This document shows, piece by piece, positions 35,229 to 36,494 of a stretch of DNA of 36,494 nt (position 1 is its first letter; each line of letters starts with the position of its first letter). Both the position numbers and the translations under genes were made by a program. The DNA comes from Octopus bimaculoides (taxonomy: Eukaryota), in assembly GCF_001194135.2 (NCBI RefSeq), contig NC_068996.1, forward strand, positions 49,594,172 through 49,630,665, written 5' to 3'. A model generated the notes under the pieces. It was not told where the DNA came from. It saw only the letters and a program-made list of their open reading frames with translations, and ran no database searches.

Positions 35229-35447
35229 TTAACCTTTATACCAACCCACTTTGGACTGCCCCTAGTTCTACCATACCAACTTGTTTTAAAGTGTTCTAAA
35301 TTAAAACCTTTTATTAAAATTTTCCTTCTAATTTGTGTTCCAAAAACCAGTTTAATAATGATCATGTTTTTACAAAATTAATTAATTTAAAAATTACTTG
35401 AAACAAAGGCAGGAATTCCAAAACGAATATGATAACAAAAGGGTTAA
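35229..35447 (+). mobile_element. piggyBac-type MITE, family 2, both ends present
   Basis: TTAA-CCTTT ... AAAAGGG-TTAA with TTAA at 35229-35232 and 35444-35447. Confidence 0.8.
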
Positions 35448-35481
35448 AAGTGAGTTTTTTAGTACATGCATACATCTGATA

Positions 35482-35698
35482 TGATGGGGTGCTGAAAAGT
35501 TCCTGGTTTTAGGTAAAAGAAAATACAGGAGGATCAGTTAATTATGATTTTACTCAATGTATTCCCCTCTCAGATTCACACACTTATTTCAATGATCCTT
35601 TAGTTTTTCTAAGCCCTGTAAAAGAACTCAGAAGGTTAGGTCTCCAGCCAAGCCTTTTGCAATACCCTTAAAGCCAGGAACTTTTCAGCACCCCTAGG
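35482..35698. mobile_element. Mariner-type MITE, intact, TA-flanked
   Basis: TIR GGGGTGCTGAAAAGTTCCTGG(T/C)TTTA at both ends, TA at 35480-35481 and 35699-35700, no coding capacity. Confidence 0.9.
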
Positions 35699-36186
35699 TA
35701 CATAAAGTTTCCCCAGACGTTTACTCTACAACTACTGGACTGTCTGCTTAAAAATCTGGCTTTTTGATCTTCGTAGCTGAATGCCATCTCACACAAATAT
35801 CTTGAACTGTTTAACAATAGATGCAAGCAGGGTTACAAAGTTTAAGCTATCAGGTTGAGGGCTATATTACCAAGATGGGTCTATTAGCAAGACAGGTATT
35901 GTACATGACATTTATACTAGATGTACTTTTATAGTAGTTAATTGAAGATCATAACATTGTATTATACTTGCCACAGCTGCTACTTTAACCATTTATAGTT
36001 TGTACCATATTAGTTCTCTATGTGAGTGTTCTGTGATGAATTTTGCAAAGATGGTACCCTTTCCGGCGGGTATATTATGGTAGTAGGACTATCTACAAGT
36101 ACAAAAAACAAATAATATTTTACTAAATATTGAAAAAGAGGAAAAAAATCACTTAAAAAATTTATTTTAGAATAAGTAGCAATTGG

Positions 36187-36265
36187 TACATCGTACTTAA
36201 TATAGATATACTGTAAGGAAGCTACCAAACTGCAGCATTTGTCTTGAGAAAGTATCGCATATAGA
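36187..36265 (+). repeat. Repeat family F partial copy
   Basis: TACTTAATATAGATATACTGT...AACTGCAGCATTTGTCTTGAGAAAG matches the units at 11745-12006. Confidence 0.6.
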
Positions 36266-36266
36266 C

Positions 36267-36494
36267 ATCATCATCATCATCATCATCATCGTTTAACGTC
36301 CGCTTTCCATGCTAGCATGGGTTGGACGATTTGACGGAGGACTGGTGAAACCGGATGGCAACACCAGGCTCCAGTCTGATTTGGCAGAGTTTCTACAGCT
36401 GGATGCCCTTCCTAACGCCAACCACTCAGAGAGTGTAGTGGGTGCTTTTACGTGTCACCCGCACGAAAACGGCCACGCTCGAAATGGTGTCTTT
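36267..36494 (-). mobile_element. RTE-type LINE 3' end stub (family C), CpG-rich, runs off window
   Basis: (CAT)n tail followed by sequence closely similar to 1609-1884 and 3558-3812. Confidence 0.9.

Noticed and set aside
35821-35895. Possible exon MQAGLQSLSYQVEGYITKMGLLARQ
   Set aside because: Weak acceptor and donor, no recognisable family.
36035-36115. Peptide DGTLSGGYIMVVGL resembling an ABC signature LSGG
   Set aside because: Short frame bounded by stops, no Walker B context, no good splice sites.

Overview
AT-rich eukaryotic DNA, dense in microsatellites and repeats, with six N gaps. The repeat families and (TA)n/(CA)n/(AAT)n density suggest a coleoid cephalopod, most likely Octopus; this is inferred from remembered repeat families, not a database search. 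Nearly all recognisable sequence is transposable-element debris: three tRNA-derived SINE families (my labels A, B, D), many 3' stubs and two ORF2 fragments of an RTE-clade LINE, a weak L2/CR1-like relic, two internally deleted mariner elements, a mariner-type MITE (2 copies), two TTAA-flanked piggyBac-type MITE families, an 82-bp-arm foldback and two unclassified repeats (E, F). I can name no host gene. A few candidate exons are reported at low confidence, and the ORF-track entries are almost all microsatellite, gap or antisense-TE artefacts. I found no convincing novel biological system. The best observations are nested insertions with exact target-site duplications, strand-coherent SINE-B arrays tied to (AAT)n, possible SINE dimers, close inverted repeats that could form dsRNA, and CpG decay between copies. 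Element boundaries were read by eye and may be off by a few bases.
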